Shown: positions 32,317 through 43,130, counted from the first letter of the whole stretch. The stretch is 62,303 nucleotides of DNA, filler included, from 5 parts of 5 records of this genome joined end to end with filler, not necessarily neighbours in it, one strand, 5' to 3'. The notes: a model not told the origin generated them from the sequence alone. Program-made: numbers and translations.

Positions 32317-32428
32317 TACGGTGTTTGGGTTTTTATAACAATTTATTTGCAGAATTTCGCCAGGGGTATATAGTGCTTGAAACGGACTTGGGTTGTATTG
32401 AGAACGTCTTTATAACGGAGTCATTGGA

Positions 32429-32752
32429 ATGGGAAAGAAAGCAGCGGAAAAACGATCGGAAGAAAGATGCTGGATTGAACCTTCGGATACGGGGCATCTT
32501 CTCGAGGCCGTCATCAACGGCAGGGAATACCGGTTCAAGGTGCTGAATGTTTGCCGGGGGGGCATTGGCATGCTTGTCAAGGCGTCCCAGGATGAGGTCC
32601 TGGCAACCCTGCAAAAAGGGATGGTGATGAAGATGAACTACATTAACCCCAAAGGCAGCCTGGAGATCAAGGTTGAGATGCGCCATGGCACACGCTTTAA
32701 GAACGGTCCCTATGAAGGGGATTATTGTGTGGGTTTTTCCATGTCCATCTAA
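32429..32752 (+). CDS. Stand-alone PilZ-domain protein
   Basis: RxxxR (RSEER) and N-x-C-x-x-G variant of the D/NxSxxG motif. Confidence 0.65.
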   Translation: MGKKAAEKRSEERCWIEPSDTGHLLEAVINGREYRFKVLNVCRGGIGMLVKASQDEVLATLQKGMVMKMNYINPKGSLEIKVEMRHGTRFKNGPYEGDYCVGFSMSI

Positions 32753-32805
32753 TTGCCGCCGGAAAAATTATTTTACTATATCAAGCCCCGGCCTGGATTC
32801 CCTGG

Positions 32806-33669
32806 TCATGCCCCGAGCAGGATCATGACGGAGCCGAGGAACATCATAACGGCCCCCGTCATGCGCATCCTGATGTTTTTTTCATCGAAGATAACCCCGC
32901 CGTAGATCACACTGAACAGGATGCTGAGCCTTTTTATGGAGATCATATACGCTGCCTTTGCAAGGGAGATGGAAAGGCAGTGGAAGAGGGCATGGAAAAA
33001 CATGGCCCCGCCAATGAGAAGGCCCTTGAACTTGTATCTCATAAGGTTTTCCACGCTTATTTTTTTCATGAGCAGGAGAAGGAAAAACATCACCAGGTTG
33101 AACACCATGAAAAAGGTGACGGAAAAATAGACGGCGGAGGAATGGAGAATGCCCACTTTGCCGATGACGGCGGCAAAGCTGAATATAAAGGACACCAGCA
33201 GCATGATCATGGAGCCTTTTTCACGGAAAACCGCACGAATGGGGGAGAGCAGGGTGAATTTACCCAGATCCAGGTTCAGCACATAACCGCCCATGCAGAT
33301 CATCGCGATTCCGGTCACCCCCTGGATGCCCGGCACCTCCCCCAGAAACGCAAACCCCGTGAAAATCATGAAAACAGGGGTAAAGGCAAGGTAGGGGATG
33401 GTGAGGGAAAGGGGGGAGACCTTGATGGCTTTCATGTAAAGGATGAAGGCGATGCCGTTGATGGGCAGGCTGACCAGAAAGCTCAGATAGAACAGGAAAT
33501 CAAGGGGCGGGCTGTCAATGAGCAGGTATACGGGCAGGAAAAAGGGGACGCTGTATGCCATGGGAAAGACCGCCATCTCATAATGGGAGAGATGGGAAAA
33601 GAATTTCTTGGCAAAGGCGTCGTTCAAGGAGGCAAAAAATGCCGTTAGCAGGGCAAGTATAAACCACAT
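32806..33669 (-). CDS. EamA/DMT family transporter
   Basis: About 10 TM segments; 'SPLSLTIPYLAFTPVF', 'YMISIKR'. Confidence 0.85.
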   Translation of the reverse strand: MWFILALLTAFFASLNDAFAKKFFSHLSHYEMAVFPMAYSVPFFLPVYLLIDSPPLDFLFYLSFLVSLPINGIAFILYMKAIKVSPLSLTIPYLAFTPVFMIFTGFAFLGEVPGIQGVTGIAMICMGGYVLNLDLGKFTLLSPIRAVFREKGSMIMLLVSFIFSFAAVIGKVGILHSSAVYFSVTFFMVFNLVMFFLLLLMKKISVENLMRYKFKGLLIGGAMFFHALFHCLSISLAKAAYMISIKRLSILFSVIYGGVIFDEKNIRMRMTGAVMMFLGSVMILLGA

Positions 33670-33846
33670 GGATCTGTTTTATATCAACCGGATAAAAAAA
33701 TCCATTTATAGTGCTTCCGGGTATGGTCATGGGGGTGAACCGTCCCCGGAAAGGGCCCCGGCACGGTTCATCCTTGTTTTCGATAAATACCTGTGTTAAC
33801 TGTATCGTTCGTTAATGGGGTTCATATAATAAAGGACTTTTAGTTC

Positions 33847-34989
33847 ATGGGTATTTTAAAATTTTCAGTTCCGGAAATTTTTTTTGGGCTTGGCAGCCTG
33901 AAATATACCGGAATGTGCGCCAGGCGTCTCGGGGCCGAAAAAATATTTTTTGTCTCTGATCCGGGCCTGGAAAAATCCGGATGGATCGATCATGTGTTTG
34001 AGATCCTTGACAAGGAACGTCTCAAGTGGGTTTACTATTCCGATATCTCTCCCAATCCCCGGGACTGGCAGATAGAAAAAGGCGCTCTTCTATACAAAAA
34101 GCATGGATGTGATGTGGTTATGACCCTGGGCGGGGGAAGTCCCATGGATGCCGCCAAGGGCATCGCCCTTGTGGCCAGCAACGGCGGCCGCGTCAATGAT
34201 TACGAGGGGGCAAACCGCATTCAGCTGCCCCTGCCCCCCATGATTTTCATTCCGTCAACGGCGAGCAGCGGGTCTGACATTTCCCAGTTCGCCATTATCA
34301 CGGACATGGAACGCCAGGTGAAGATGTCCATCATCAGCCGGACCCTGATGCCGAATATATCCATTGTCGATCCCACCCTTCTGACCACAAAATCCCGGGA
34401 ACTAATCATTGAAGCCGCCGTGGACGCGCTTTCCCATGCGGTTGAGGCCCATGTGTCACGGATTGCCTCTCCCATGACCGAGGTGCATTCCCTGAAGGCC
34501 ATTGAGCTTATCGTGAAAAATTTGCCCCTGGCCCTGGAGAACCGATCACTGGAGAACCTGGAAAAGCTGAGCATGGCGGGAACCTCCGCGGCAATGGCAT
34601 TCAGCAACGCGAGCCTGGGCCTGGACCATGCCCTTGCCCATTCCCTTGGCGGCATGCTGGATGCGGTCCACGGCACCATTCATCCCATTCTGCTTCCCCA
34701 GGTGATGCGGTACAATCTTTGTGAATGCACGGATAAAATCGCCCAGATCGGGGAGGTGGTCCTGGGAAGATCCCTTGCCACCCCCCGGGAAACAGCCCTT
34801 GCGTGCATCGAACAGCTCGAGGGGTATTTCCAGAGCCTTGGTGTGGCCACCCGGTTGCGGGACATCGTGCCGGACCGGTCTGCATTGCCCCAGATCTGCA
34901 AAATGGCCACCTATGATTCCTGCCTGTTGAGCAATCCAAGAACGGCAACGGCCGAAGATATGATGCAAATCTGCGAAGGGGTGTGGTGA
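33847..34989 (+). CDS. Iron-containing alcohol dehydrogenase-like protein (ErcA-like)
   Basis: GGGSPMD, 'DALSHAVE', 'HALAH', 'HG' metal ligands. Confidence 0.85.
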   Translation: MGILKFSVPEIFFGLGSLKYTGMCARRLGAEKIFFVSDPGLEKSGWIDHVFEILDKERLKWVYYSDISPNPRDWQIEKGALLYKKHGCDVVMTLGGGSPMDAAKGIALVASNGGRVNDYEGANRIQLPLPPMIFIPSTASSGSDISQFAIITDMERQVKMSIISRTLMPNISIVDPTLLTTKSRELIIEAAVDALSHAVEAHVSRIASPMTEVHSLKAIELIVKNLPLALENRSLENLEKLSMAGTSAAMAFSNASLGLDHALAHSLGGMLDAVHGTIHPILLPQVMRYNLCECTDKIAQIGEVVLGRSLATPRETALACIEQLEGYFQSLGVATRLRDIVPDRSALPQICKMATYDSCLLSNPRTATAEDMMQICEGVW

Positions 34990-36206
34990 TGAACAAGCCG
35001 ACAACCCTGGATGATATCGTTGGGCTTGAATATACCAAGCTGGGTTTTTTCGGTGAGGTGAAAAATAAGGTGGCCGAACTCCAGGCGACCAACCTCAAGC
35101 TCGAGCGCAAGCAGCGCCAGCTCCAGGCGGTTCTGGACGGTATCTCCGATGTGATGGCCCTGATTTCATTGAATTTCACCATTGTGTCCGTGAACAACCT
35201 GTTTTTGGAAACCTTCAATTGTGAGAATCCCGAAGGCCGGTTGTGCTATGAGATCTTCTGCAACAGGACCGGCCCCTGTCCGGAATGCCCGGTCATAAAC
35301 GCCCAGAAGACCGCCAGGGTTTGCCGTCAGCTGATCGTCTACCAGATAGACGACAAAAACCATCAGTTTGAAGTCACGGTCTCCCCCATGCTGGACTCCA
35401 ATAAAAAGATATTCCGGTTTCTGCTTCTCATGCGGGACGTGACCCGGGAAAAGGAGTACCAGGAAAAATATAACTATTCGAGTAAAATGGCCACCGTGGG
35501 CGTCCTTGCCGCCGGTGTGGCCCATGAGATAAACAACCCCCTGACCGCCATCGGCGGATTCACCGAAGGGCTCAGGCGCCGGATGCCGAGGCTTGAGAAC
35601 AGCCTGGAGGATAATCCGGAAAACCGGGAACTCCTGGAGGATTTCAATGAATATGTGGAAACCATCATTGCCGAGTGCAACCGTTGCCGGGATATTGTAA
35701 AGGGATTGCTCACCTTCAGTCCCCGGAAAAAAATTGATTTTTCACCCGTGAATCTGAAGGCGCTGGTCACGGATGTTCTCAAACTGTTGAGCAACCGCCT
35801 GAAGCATTATCCCCAATTGAAAATCGACCTTGAATTCGGCGCCGGCATTCCAAAGGTTCACGGCAATGCCGGTGAACTGAAGCAGGTGATACTCAACATC
35901 ATATGCAATGCCATGGATGCCGCTGAGAACAACGGCAGGGTGCATATCAGCACGGAAAAAGAGGGCTCCTGGGTCGTGCTTGCGGTCCGGGACAACGGCT
36001 GCGGCATTGCCCCGGAAATCATGGACCGACTCTTTGATCCGTTTTTTACCACCAAGCCCGTTGACAAGGGAACCGGCATCGGCCTGTCCATCTGCTACAA
36101 TATCATCAAACAGCACAACGGAGAGATCACCGTGGACAGCAAGGAAGACCAGGGCACCGTTTTCAAGATTAAATTTCCAAACCCGGAATGTGTGAAAAAT
36201 GACTGA
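34989..36206 (+). CDS. Cytoplasmic PAS sensor histidine kinase
   Basis: 'AHEINNPL', N box, 'DNGCGI', 'FDPFFTTK', 'GTGIGL'; no TM segment. Confidence 0.9.
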   Translation: MNKPTTLDDIVGLEYTKLGFFGEVKNKVAELQATNLKLERKQRQLQAVLDGISDVMALISLNFTIVSVNNLFLETFNCENPEGRLCYEIFCNRTGPCPECPVINAQKTARVCRQLIVYQIDDKNHQFEVTVSPMLDSNKKIFRFLLLMRDVTREKEYQEKYNYSSKMATVGVLAAGVAHEINNPLTAIGGFTEGLRRRMPRLENSLEDNPENRELLEDFNEYVETIIAECNRCRDIVKGLLTFSPRKKIDFSPVNLKALVTDVLKLLSNRLKHYPQLKIDLEFGAGIPKVHGNAGELKQVILNIICNAMDAAENNGRVHISTEKEGSWVVLAVRDNGCGIAPEIMDRLFDPFFTTKPVDKGTGIGLSICYNIIKQHNGEITVDSKEDQGTVFKIKFPNPECVKND

Positions 36207-37557
36207 ACAATCAAGCACGATCAATATACTTGTGGTGGACGATGAGAAATCGATCCGCAGGCTACTTGAAAAGGAATTGAGCTCTCCCCGGCGGAGCATC
36301 ACAACGGCCGGTAATGCCAGGGAAGCCCTTGCCGCCATCCGCCAGGATGTGTTTGACGTCATCATCCTGGATATCAGCCTTCCCGACGCCAACGGCATCG
36401 AGCTCATGTCCCGATTCCAGGAGGAGATCCTGGCGGTCCAGGTCATTTTGATCACCGGGTACGGGGATGTGGACGATGCGGTGGAGGCCATGAAAACCGG
36501 TGCCTGCGATTATATCACCAAGCCCTTTGACCTGGAGCGTATCGAACAGGTTGTTGAAAAGGCCTATCAACGGGGAAGCCTGCAGAAGGAAAAGTTTCTG
36601 AAAAACCAAGGGGGACGGACAAAGAAGCATTACCCTGAAGAGATCGTGGGCCATTCCGCAGCCATGGAGGAGATCCGGTTCCTGATCGGCAAGGTCGCCC
36701 CCACTTCGGTACCCGTGCTCATCACCGGGGAGAGCGGCAGCGGTAAGAATGTGGTGGCAAGACAGCTCCACGGCCTGAGCCTGCGGAGTGACAAAACCAT
36801 GATAACGAAAAACTGCGCCACCCTCCAGGAGGAGTTGATGCGCAGCGAGCTGTTCGGTTATCACAAGGGCGCCTTTACCGGGGCCGAGGAATCCAGGAAC
36901 GGACTCCTTGCCCTTGCGGACCAGGGCACCCTGTTCCTGGACGAGGTGGGCGAGCTCTCCGTGGGGGTTCAGGCCTCCCTGCTCCGGGTCATGGAGAACC
37001 AGACATTCCGCCCGGTGGGGGACAAGAATGAGATAAAGGTGGATATCCGGTTTATCTTCGCCACCAACCGGGACCTGAAGGAAGAGGTGGCCCAGGGACG
37101 GTTCAGTGAAGCCCTTTTTCACCGGCTCAACGTGTTCTCCATAAAAATTCTTCCCCTGCGCAAACGAAAGGAGGAGATCCCGGTGCTTGTGGAATACTTC
37201 CTGGGAAAGATGAGTACCGGCACAACCCCCCACACGGTTTCAAAGGGCGCCATGGAACGGATCATGGCCTATGACTGGCCCGGCAATGTCCGGGAACTTC
37301 ACAATGTCATGGAACGGGGCGTCATCCTTGCCGATAACAATGTGATCACCGAACGCTGCCTGCCCCTTGAACTCCTTGAGAAAGCGGATGGTACGGACGG
37401 TGCGCACCCGCCGTTGTTTCCCACCCTCGAGGAGCTGGAAAAAGACTATACCCTCAAGGTGCTCAAGCATGTGGACGGGAACCGGTCAAAAGCTGCGGAA
37501 ATACTCGGTATCAGCCGGAAAACCCTGTACCGCAAATTGCTGGAAGACGGGGAATAG
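36199..37557 (+). CDS. Sigma54-dependent response regulator (NtrC family)
   Basis: REC domain, GESGSGK, GAFTGA, 'WPGNVREL', Fis HTH. Confidence 0.93.
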   Translation: MTEQSSTINILVVDDEKSIRRLLEKELSSPRRSITTAGNAREALAAIRQDVFDVIILDISLPDANGIELMSRFQEEILAVQVILITGYGDVDDAVEAMKTGACDYITKPFDLERIEQVVEKAYQRGSLQKEKFLKNQGGRTKKHYPEEIVGHSAAMEEIRFLIGKVAPTSVPVLITGESGSGKNVVARQLHGLSLRSDKTMITKNCATLQEELMRSELFGYHKGAFTGAEESRNGLLALADQGTLFLDEVGELSVGVQASLLRVMENQTFRPVGDKNEIKVDIRFIFATNRDLKEEVAQGRFSEALFHRLNVFSIKILPLRKRKEEIPVLVEYFLGKMSTGTTPHTVSKGAMERIMAYDWPGNVRELHNVMERGVILADNNVITERCLPLELLEKADGTDGAHPPLFPTLEELEKDYTLKVLKHVDGNRSKAAEILGISRKTLYRKLLEDGE

Positions 37558-37847
37558 GGTGGCCGGGCCGCCTGGAGAAGCGCATTCCTCCCCTGCATCC
37601 AAGGCGGTGTGTGTCAAGCAAGTTGTCACCTGAACCTGAAAAAAGATAAAAGGGGGTGTCATCCCAGATATCGTCGGCTTTTTTTTAAAACCAGCAGGGC
37701 CGCTGCTTCCACCAGGGCTTTTTCTTTACGGGACAAGTCCTTTTTTAAGCCCGCGACCTCTTTCTTTAACCGACGGAATAAAAGACACCCGCCATCCCGT
37801 AGTATTGGGACAGCGGGCGTAAATGTTTAAATGCTGGAATTGGGATA

Positions 37848-38432
37848 CTATCTTTCTGGCCTCATCTTTCTTCTGAACATAAATGCAAAACCGGCCAGCC
37901 CGAAGCCAAGGAGGAGGTAGGTCGACGGTTCCGGAATCACATTTACATTACGGCAGGAAGTGATGTCCTCACTCCCTGCCAGGAAGTAGATCAAGCCTTC
38001 GTTCAAGTCCTGCAGGTCGGATGCAATGCAGAGTTCTGACCGCCCGAGGCGGAGCGCGGTAAAATTCAGCGTCGCCAGATGGATATCGTAATCGGTGATA
38101 CCGGGAAAGGCCGAGCCGGCAACGTCCGTATCGGGAAACAGTGCCGAATCATCGTTGAAAAGAGCTCCCACCGTTGCAGAGTCAAAGCGAACGATGGAAG
38201 GGGCGGGGTTGGTGACATCAAATCCAAAAGCCAGAACTTCGTCTAATGGCGGGGTATCAAAGACGCCGTTCGCCCATACTTCGATATTGAACCTTTCACC
38301 TGGGGTTATAAAGCTGTCCGAAACCATGAGGTTTATGGTCAGGGCGGACACATGTGCCGCGCTCAGACCAAAAATGAGCATCATCCATACCGGTATTAAT
38401 TTTATTTTTCTGCTCAATCGGTTACCTTTCAT
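37848..38432 (-). CDS. Cohesin-like domain protein with PEP-CTERM sorting signal
   Basis: Signal peptide; 'PGERFNIEV', 'AFGFDV', 'LATLNFTA...G.S.L' cohesin pattern; IPEPST + TM + RRK. Confidence 0.8.
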   Translation of the reverse strand: MKGNRLSRKIKLIPVWMMLIFGLSAAHVSALTINLMVSDSFITPGERFNIEVWANGVFDTPPLDEVLAFGFDVTNPAPSIVRFDSATVGALFNDDSALFPDTDVAGSAFPGITDYDIHLATLNFTALRLGRSELCIASDLQDLNEGLIYFLAGSEDITSCRNVNVIPEPSTYLLLGFGLAGFAFMFRRKMRPER

Positions 38433-38462
38433 TTGAAATTTCTCCTTTGATTGTTGAAAAAA

Positions 38463-40144
38463 TTACTGGTTTTTGTATAACCCGTACCACATCCGGTAAT
38501 CGGCATAGGTGATACGGCCGTCGCCGTCATAGTCCGCCAATGGCGTGTAACCATTATGTCCGCCCCTCTTGCCGAGGAGTGCTCTGAATATCCTGTAGTC
38601 GTTGATATTGATGAGATTATTGCCATCCAGATCTCCTTGCCTTTCGGCGGCCGGAAGAACGTAGATGATGCTCAATTCCGAGTAATCCACCGTCGCGTCG
38701 TCGGCAATGACCAGATTGAATTCGCCGTCATAGAGAAGCGACAGGAGATTGCGATATTCGTCCGGATCGGTCGGCCAATGGCCGCCCGGACCGGGATCTC
38801 CGCTGACGCGAACCGGGACCTTGCTTAAATCCATCTCCACCTCGTGGACCTCTCCGATTTGCGGCTCTTTCCCGAGAAGATCCCTCAGGAGGATCAGCGG
38901 ATAGAACTGTTGGGGATCGCAAGGCGGCCGGGTCGGCGGATCTTGCAGGCATGCCGGGTCTGTCTCGCTTGGAGAAACCGATTCGTCATACATAATGACA
39001 TCATTATATACCAGAGTGCTTTGCCCTTTTATGCGGATCGTCAGCTTGGCCGACATGATCAGCGCCTGCTCCGGCAGATAAAAAAAATGGGTCAGGCCCA
39101 CAGGCCTGTCGAAGCCGCCTTCATCCAGGTCGACCCCGGGATTTTGGCCAACGATATCTCCCACACGATCTATGTAGTCAAGTATTTCCTTGATTCGATG
39201 TGACTTGGGTGCGGCATCGGCGGGATCCCCGGGATGGATATTGTCCTTATCTCCCACCAGGGTTGTGAGTGGCGGCGGCAGAGCGTTGAGGACCTTACAA
39301 AAGCCGTTTGATTCAGAGGGGCCCAGATAAGGATTCCCATCGTCACAATCTTTTTCAGCAAAAGCGGCAGAGGGGCAGGTGGGCGGTTTGATAGCGGAGA
39401 TTCCCCAATTGTAAAATCCGTCCCCATCGTTATCGACGCAACTGATATCATAGGGGGTGGCGCTCGTCACAGGATTCATCAATGCGTGGGTCCAGTTTAT
39501 GTTGCTGATGGGCGTTTTGACATACCCGTACCCATGCTCTCCCCAGCCTTCGCCCCAGCTGTTTTTAAATATCCATACGGTCTGCCCGTCGTCCGGATCC
39601 GTATCATACCCAACCAGGGTCATTGCATGGCGCCAGCTGGATATCCCGCCGCTGACAGCGCCATAGTCAATGATCATATTCTTTAATTTCTCTTCCGTTT
39701 TGGGAGATGAAAATGTCACTTTTCCATTGATCTTGATTAACTCACTGGGAACGGAACATTTATTACTGCAATCCTCATCGGTGTGGGTATATGGAAAGCA
39801 ATTTTCATCGACAATGCCGGTGTTGGTGACATAATTCAACGTCAGCCCCGGCCACCCTCCGGCGCAGCTTCCGGCGCCACTGCAGGAGAGAGCATCCTGT
39901 TCAGCCAGATTTAAATCAAGATGATCGTTGAAATAAAGATTGGTCAATGCTTCCGTTGCACCCGTAGCGGCAAAGGCCCAGCAGCTTCCGCACTGGGCCT
40001 GATCTTTAACTGAAGTGATCCATCCGCTGCCGTAAGGATCGCTATCGTAATAGGGCGTGGCGGGGCTGTTGGCGCCATGCCGGTTTCTCCAGTCAAAGGA
40101 GTTGATCAGGGAGGAGCTTTCGGTGGGGGAGGGCAGGGGGGGGG
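38463..40144 (-). CDS. Papain-family (C1) cysteine peptidase with C-terminal dockerin-like domain (5' end cut by contig end)
   Basis: Frame is open upstream of the ORF call: FDWR...VKDQAQCGSCWAF (Cys codon 39981-39983); 'HAMTLVGY', 'KNSWG'; DNDGDG/DCDD motif; GDLDGN...ADYDGDGRI repeat. Confidence 0.88.
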
Positions 40145-40244
40145 NNNNNNNNNNNNNNNNNNNNNNNNNNNNNNNNNNNNNNNNNNNNTTAATTAATTAA
40201 NNNNNNNNNNNNNNNNNNNNNNNNNNNNNNNNNNNNNNNNNNNN
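40145..40244. other. Artificial contig linker
   Basis: N-run + TTAATTAATTAA + N-run. Confidence 0.98.
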
Positions 40245-40245
40245 T

Positions 40246-40321
40246 GGAGGTATAGCAAAGTTGGTAATGCCCGGGATTGCAAATCCTGTATGCGTCGGTT
40301 CGAGTCCGGCTACCTCCTCCA
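40246..40321 (+). tRNA. tRNA-Cys(GCA)
   Basis: Acceptor GGAGGTA/TACCTCC, anticodon loop TTGCAAA, T-loop TTCGAGT, U discriminator and CCA. Confidence 0.95.
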
Positions 40322-40434
40322 CTTTTTAATCTAATACAAATCAATAAAATCCAAAAAACCCCTTTATATAAATACTTTGAAAGCTTTTTTATGCTATGTT
40401 AGTCTAAGTTAATTTAACAAAATCTAATTTTTTA

Positions 40435-40498
40435 TGTGGGGTTAAATACTACTTTACCCCACAACAAATAAATAAAAATAGATTTACCCCACAACAAA
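40435..40498. repeat. Integrase arm-type sites (left)
   Basis: TTTACCCCACAACAAA at 40453 and 40483, inverted TGTGGGGT at 40435. Confidence 0.7.
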
Positions 40499-40507
40499 AG
40501 GTAAAAT

Positions 40508-41764
40508 ATGCCTAAATTAGTGAAGCCTTTATCTGTTAGAGAAATTGAAGAAGCTAAGCCAAAAGATAAGAAATACTCTTTAAGTGATGGACAAGGCTTA
40601 TATTTAATAGTAAAAACAAACGGTACAAAATCGTGGATGTTTAGATATTCTTATAACTCTAAAAGAAAAGAGACTACTTTTAAAAACTATCCTTTAATAT
40701 CTTTAAAAGATGCAAGAGATAAAAGAGATAAATTTTTGAAGTTAATAGATAATGGCATTGACCCTATTACATATAACAATGAAGAAAAACTAAAAAAGAA
40801 AATTGAAGAAAACAATACATTTAAAAAAGTTATGTACGAATGGTTAGAACTTGAAAAACCAAGAGCAAGTCTTAATCAATATGAATGGAAAAGAAATAGG
40901 TTTGAAAAAGATGTATTACCTCATCTAAATGAAAAACCTATGAATAAGATAACTGTACAAGATATAACAAAAGTAATAGGAATTAAAAATAAGACTGCAC
41001 CTGAAACTGCTTCAAAATTGTTTGGTTATCTAAAAGCATTATGGGGCTATGCAATGATGAATGGATATTGTGAAAGAAATCTACTAATAGAAATGAATAA
41101 ATCCTTACTTATTACAAAACAAACAGTTAAACATATGCCAAAGATTACCGACAAAGAAATATTTAAAGAACTTGTAAACTCTATTTATAGTTATCACGGT
41201 GGATTTAGTGTAAAAAATGCTTTGAAAGTTGTATTACATTTACCATTAAGAGCAGAAAATTTATGTACTATGAAATGGAGTGAAATAGATTTTGATAAAA
41301 AGCTTCTAACTATTCCAAGAGAAAAGATGAAATTAAAAAACATAAATATAAGTGACTTTAAAATACCCCTTACTAATGAGGTTATATCTATACTTAAAGA
41401 ACAAAAGGAAGAACTACAAAACTATACAAATGAATTGGATTATGTTTTTTTAGGTGCAAATAATAAAGACCATATAAACAAAGAAAGTCCAAATAAAGCT
41501 TTACAACTAATGAGTTTTAATGATGAAAGAAAAGGAAGAAAAATAAGACTTCACGGTTTTAGAGGTACATTTAGAAGTATGATAGATACTTTAGATACTG
41601 AAAATAGATTTTCTTTTGAAACAAAAGAGAGAGCCTTAGACCATCACGAAAAAAGCAAAGTAGTAAGAGCATATTCTCATAAAGGTGATTATTTAGAACA
41701 ATTAAGAGAATTAATGAACTTTTGGAGCGATTATATTATGAGTTTGAAAGATGAGGTGAAATGA
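40508..41764 (+). CDS. P4-like tyrosine integrase
   Basis: Arm domain 'DGQGLYL.V...GTKSW.FRY'; catalytic R (LRAE), HGFR, 'LDH', 'RAY'. Confidence 0.92.
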   Translation: MPKLVKPLSVREIEEAKPKDKKYSLSDGQGLYLIVKTNGTKSWMFRYSYNSKRKETTFKNYPLISLKDARDKRDKFLKLIDNGIDPITYNNEEKLKKKIEENNTFKKVMYEWLELEKPRASLNQYEWKRNRFEKDVLPHLNEKPMNKITVQDITKVIGIKNKTAPETASKLFGYLKALWGYAMMNGYCERNLLIEMNKSLLITKQTVKHMPKITDKEIFKELVNSIYSYHGGFSVKNALKVVLHLPLRAENLCTMKWSEIDFDKKLLTIPREKMKLKNINISDFKIPLTNEVISILKEQKEELQNYTNELDYVFLGANNKDHINKESPNKALQLMSFNDERKGRKIRLHGFRGTFRSMIDTLDTENRFSFETKERALDHHEKSKVVRAYSHKGDYLEQLRELMNFWSDYIMSLKDEVK

Positions 41765-42510
41765 TGGAAAAGTTTACAGATATTCTTAAGCTTACAAAAG
41801 AAGAATTGACTATTGATAAACTTAAAGAATGCTTACCAACTGATTTAATTAAACAAATTGAAGAACACTTCACAATAGAAGATTTTTATAACATTTTTAT
41901 CAATAGTGAAGTCTTTGAAAGAGAAGTATTTATTACTATGTTAAATAGTAATCATAAAAAAGAAGAAATAGAAATATTATACTTTGAGAATGCAAAGAGT
42001 TTAATATCTGAATATGATTATAATATTTCAGAGATAGAGCTGTTGCTTAATGTTAAAATAGATAAAGAAGATATAATTAATAATTGCGATATTTTATTGA
42101 AAGAGTTTCAAACAGCAAAATTATTTAATACAAATGATGTTATAGATTTGAGTTACTTGCAAGGTTATTCAAGGCAAGAACTTTTAAATGCTTCACATTA
42201 TACTTATAGATATCTTCACATAATTATTGCAAGTATAAACTACACTATTCTTAAAACCTATTTTGACAAAATTACTAATAATAGACAAAGAAATATTAAA
42301 TCAAAAATAAAAGAATTAGATAACATACAAGATGAACATAAGCAAGTGGCACAAAATATAAAATCTGTATTATTATCAATTAAAACTAAAATTGAACTCC
42401 CAATAGTTTTTGATAGTGTTATTGATAAGTATTCAATAAAAGCAAGACATTTATCAAAATCTAGTAAAAGAATTGAACTTTTTGATTTTTTAATTTATAA
42501 AAACTTTTAA
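41761..42510 (+). CDS. Hypothetical protein (element-borne)
   Basis: 249-aa ORF overlapping integrase stop; GAGG RBS. Confidence 0.6.
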   Translation: MMEKFTDILKLTKEELTIDKLKECLPTDLIKQIEEHFTIEDFYNIFINSEVFEREVFITMLNSNHKKEEIEILYFENAKSLISEYDYNISEIELLLNVKIDKEDIINNCDILLKEFQTAKLFNTNDVIDLSYLQGYSRQELLNASHYTYRYLHIIIASINYTILKTYFDKITNNRQRNIKSKIKELDNIQDEHKQVAQNIKSVLLSIKTKIELPIVFDSVIDKYSIKARHLSKSSKRIELFDFLIYKNF

Positions 42511-42636
42511 ATTGAATAGTTACTCCTAAACCTTACATAATCTAAGTGTGTACAATAAAATTACAACAAGCCAATAAGCTAAAAGGCTAATTTTAAAGTT
42601 GTAACTTGAAGCTTCAAGTATCCGAAAGGGTACAAA

Positions 42637-42834
42637 ATGAACTCAACATTAAATGAGAACAAAAAACAAAAGTATATGAGAGCAAAAGAACTTGCAGAGT
42701 ATTTAGGAATTGGATTAAGTACAGTATGGCTATACGCTAAACAAGGGAAGATTAAACCTCAACAAATATCAAGCCGAGTAACTGTTTTTGATATTGATGA
42801 AGTTGAAAAATCTTTATTTGGTGGTGCAATATGA
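42637..42834 (+). CDS. AlpA-type HTH regulator/excisionase
   Basis: 'MRAKELAEYLGIGLSTVW..AKQG......IS.RVT.F'. Confidence 0.8.
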   Translation: MNSTLNENKKQKYMRAKELAEYLGIGLSTVWLYAKQGKIKPQQISSRVTVFDIDEVEKSLFGGAI

Positions 42835-43130
42835 AACTTGAAACAAGAATAAAAGATATTGTATCTCTAACAGTAGATGACTTTTTTAATAATGGTAGAA
42901 GTACAGAAGAAAGTGAAGAAACACTTGTCAAATGGCTTAATGCTGATTTAATGAAGATAGAAGACATTAAGGATTTAAACACTGTAGAAGTGTCTTTAAT
43001 AGTATTTCAGAAACTTAGTTCACTTGATATTATTGATTTAGAGTTTATTCATAATGTGCTTTTAAATGAACTTCCAACTAATCAAGTTGAATTAGAACAA
43101 TGTTCTATTTTAGAAGAGGTGCAGTTATGA
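42831..43130 (+). CDS. Hypothetical protein
   Basis: Translationally coupled (ATGA) to alpA-like gene. Confidence 0.55.
   Translation: MKLETRIKDIVSLTVDDFFNNGRSTEESEETLVKWLNADLMKIEDIKDLNTVEVSLIVFQKLSSLDIIDLEFIHNVLLNELPTNQVELEQCSILEEVQL

Noticed and set aside
32725-33648. 307-aa His-rich + strand ORF
   Set aside because: Antisense shadow of the EamA transporter gene
35742-37233. Long minus-strand ORFs of 249 and 323 aa
   Set aside because: Shadows of the GC-rich kinase and response regulator genes
12970-40244. Four N-runs with TTAATTAATTAA and abrupt GC shifts
   Set aside because: Artificial concatenation linkers, not biological repeats or island borders; no gene context was inferred across them
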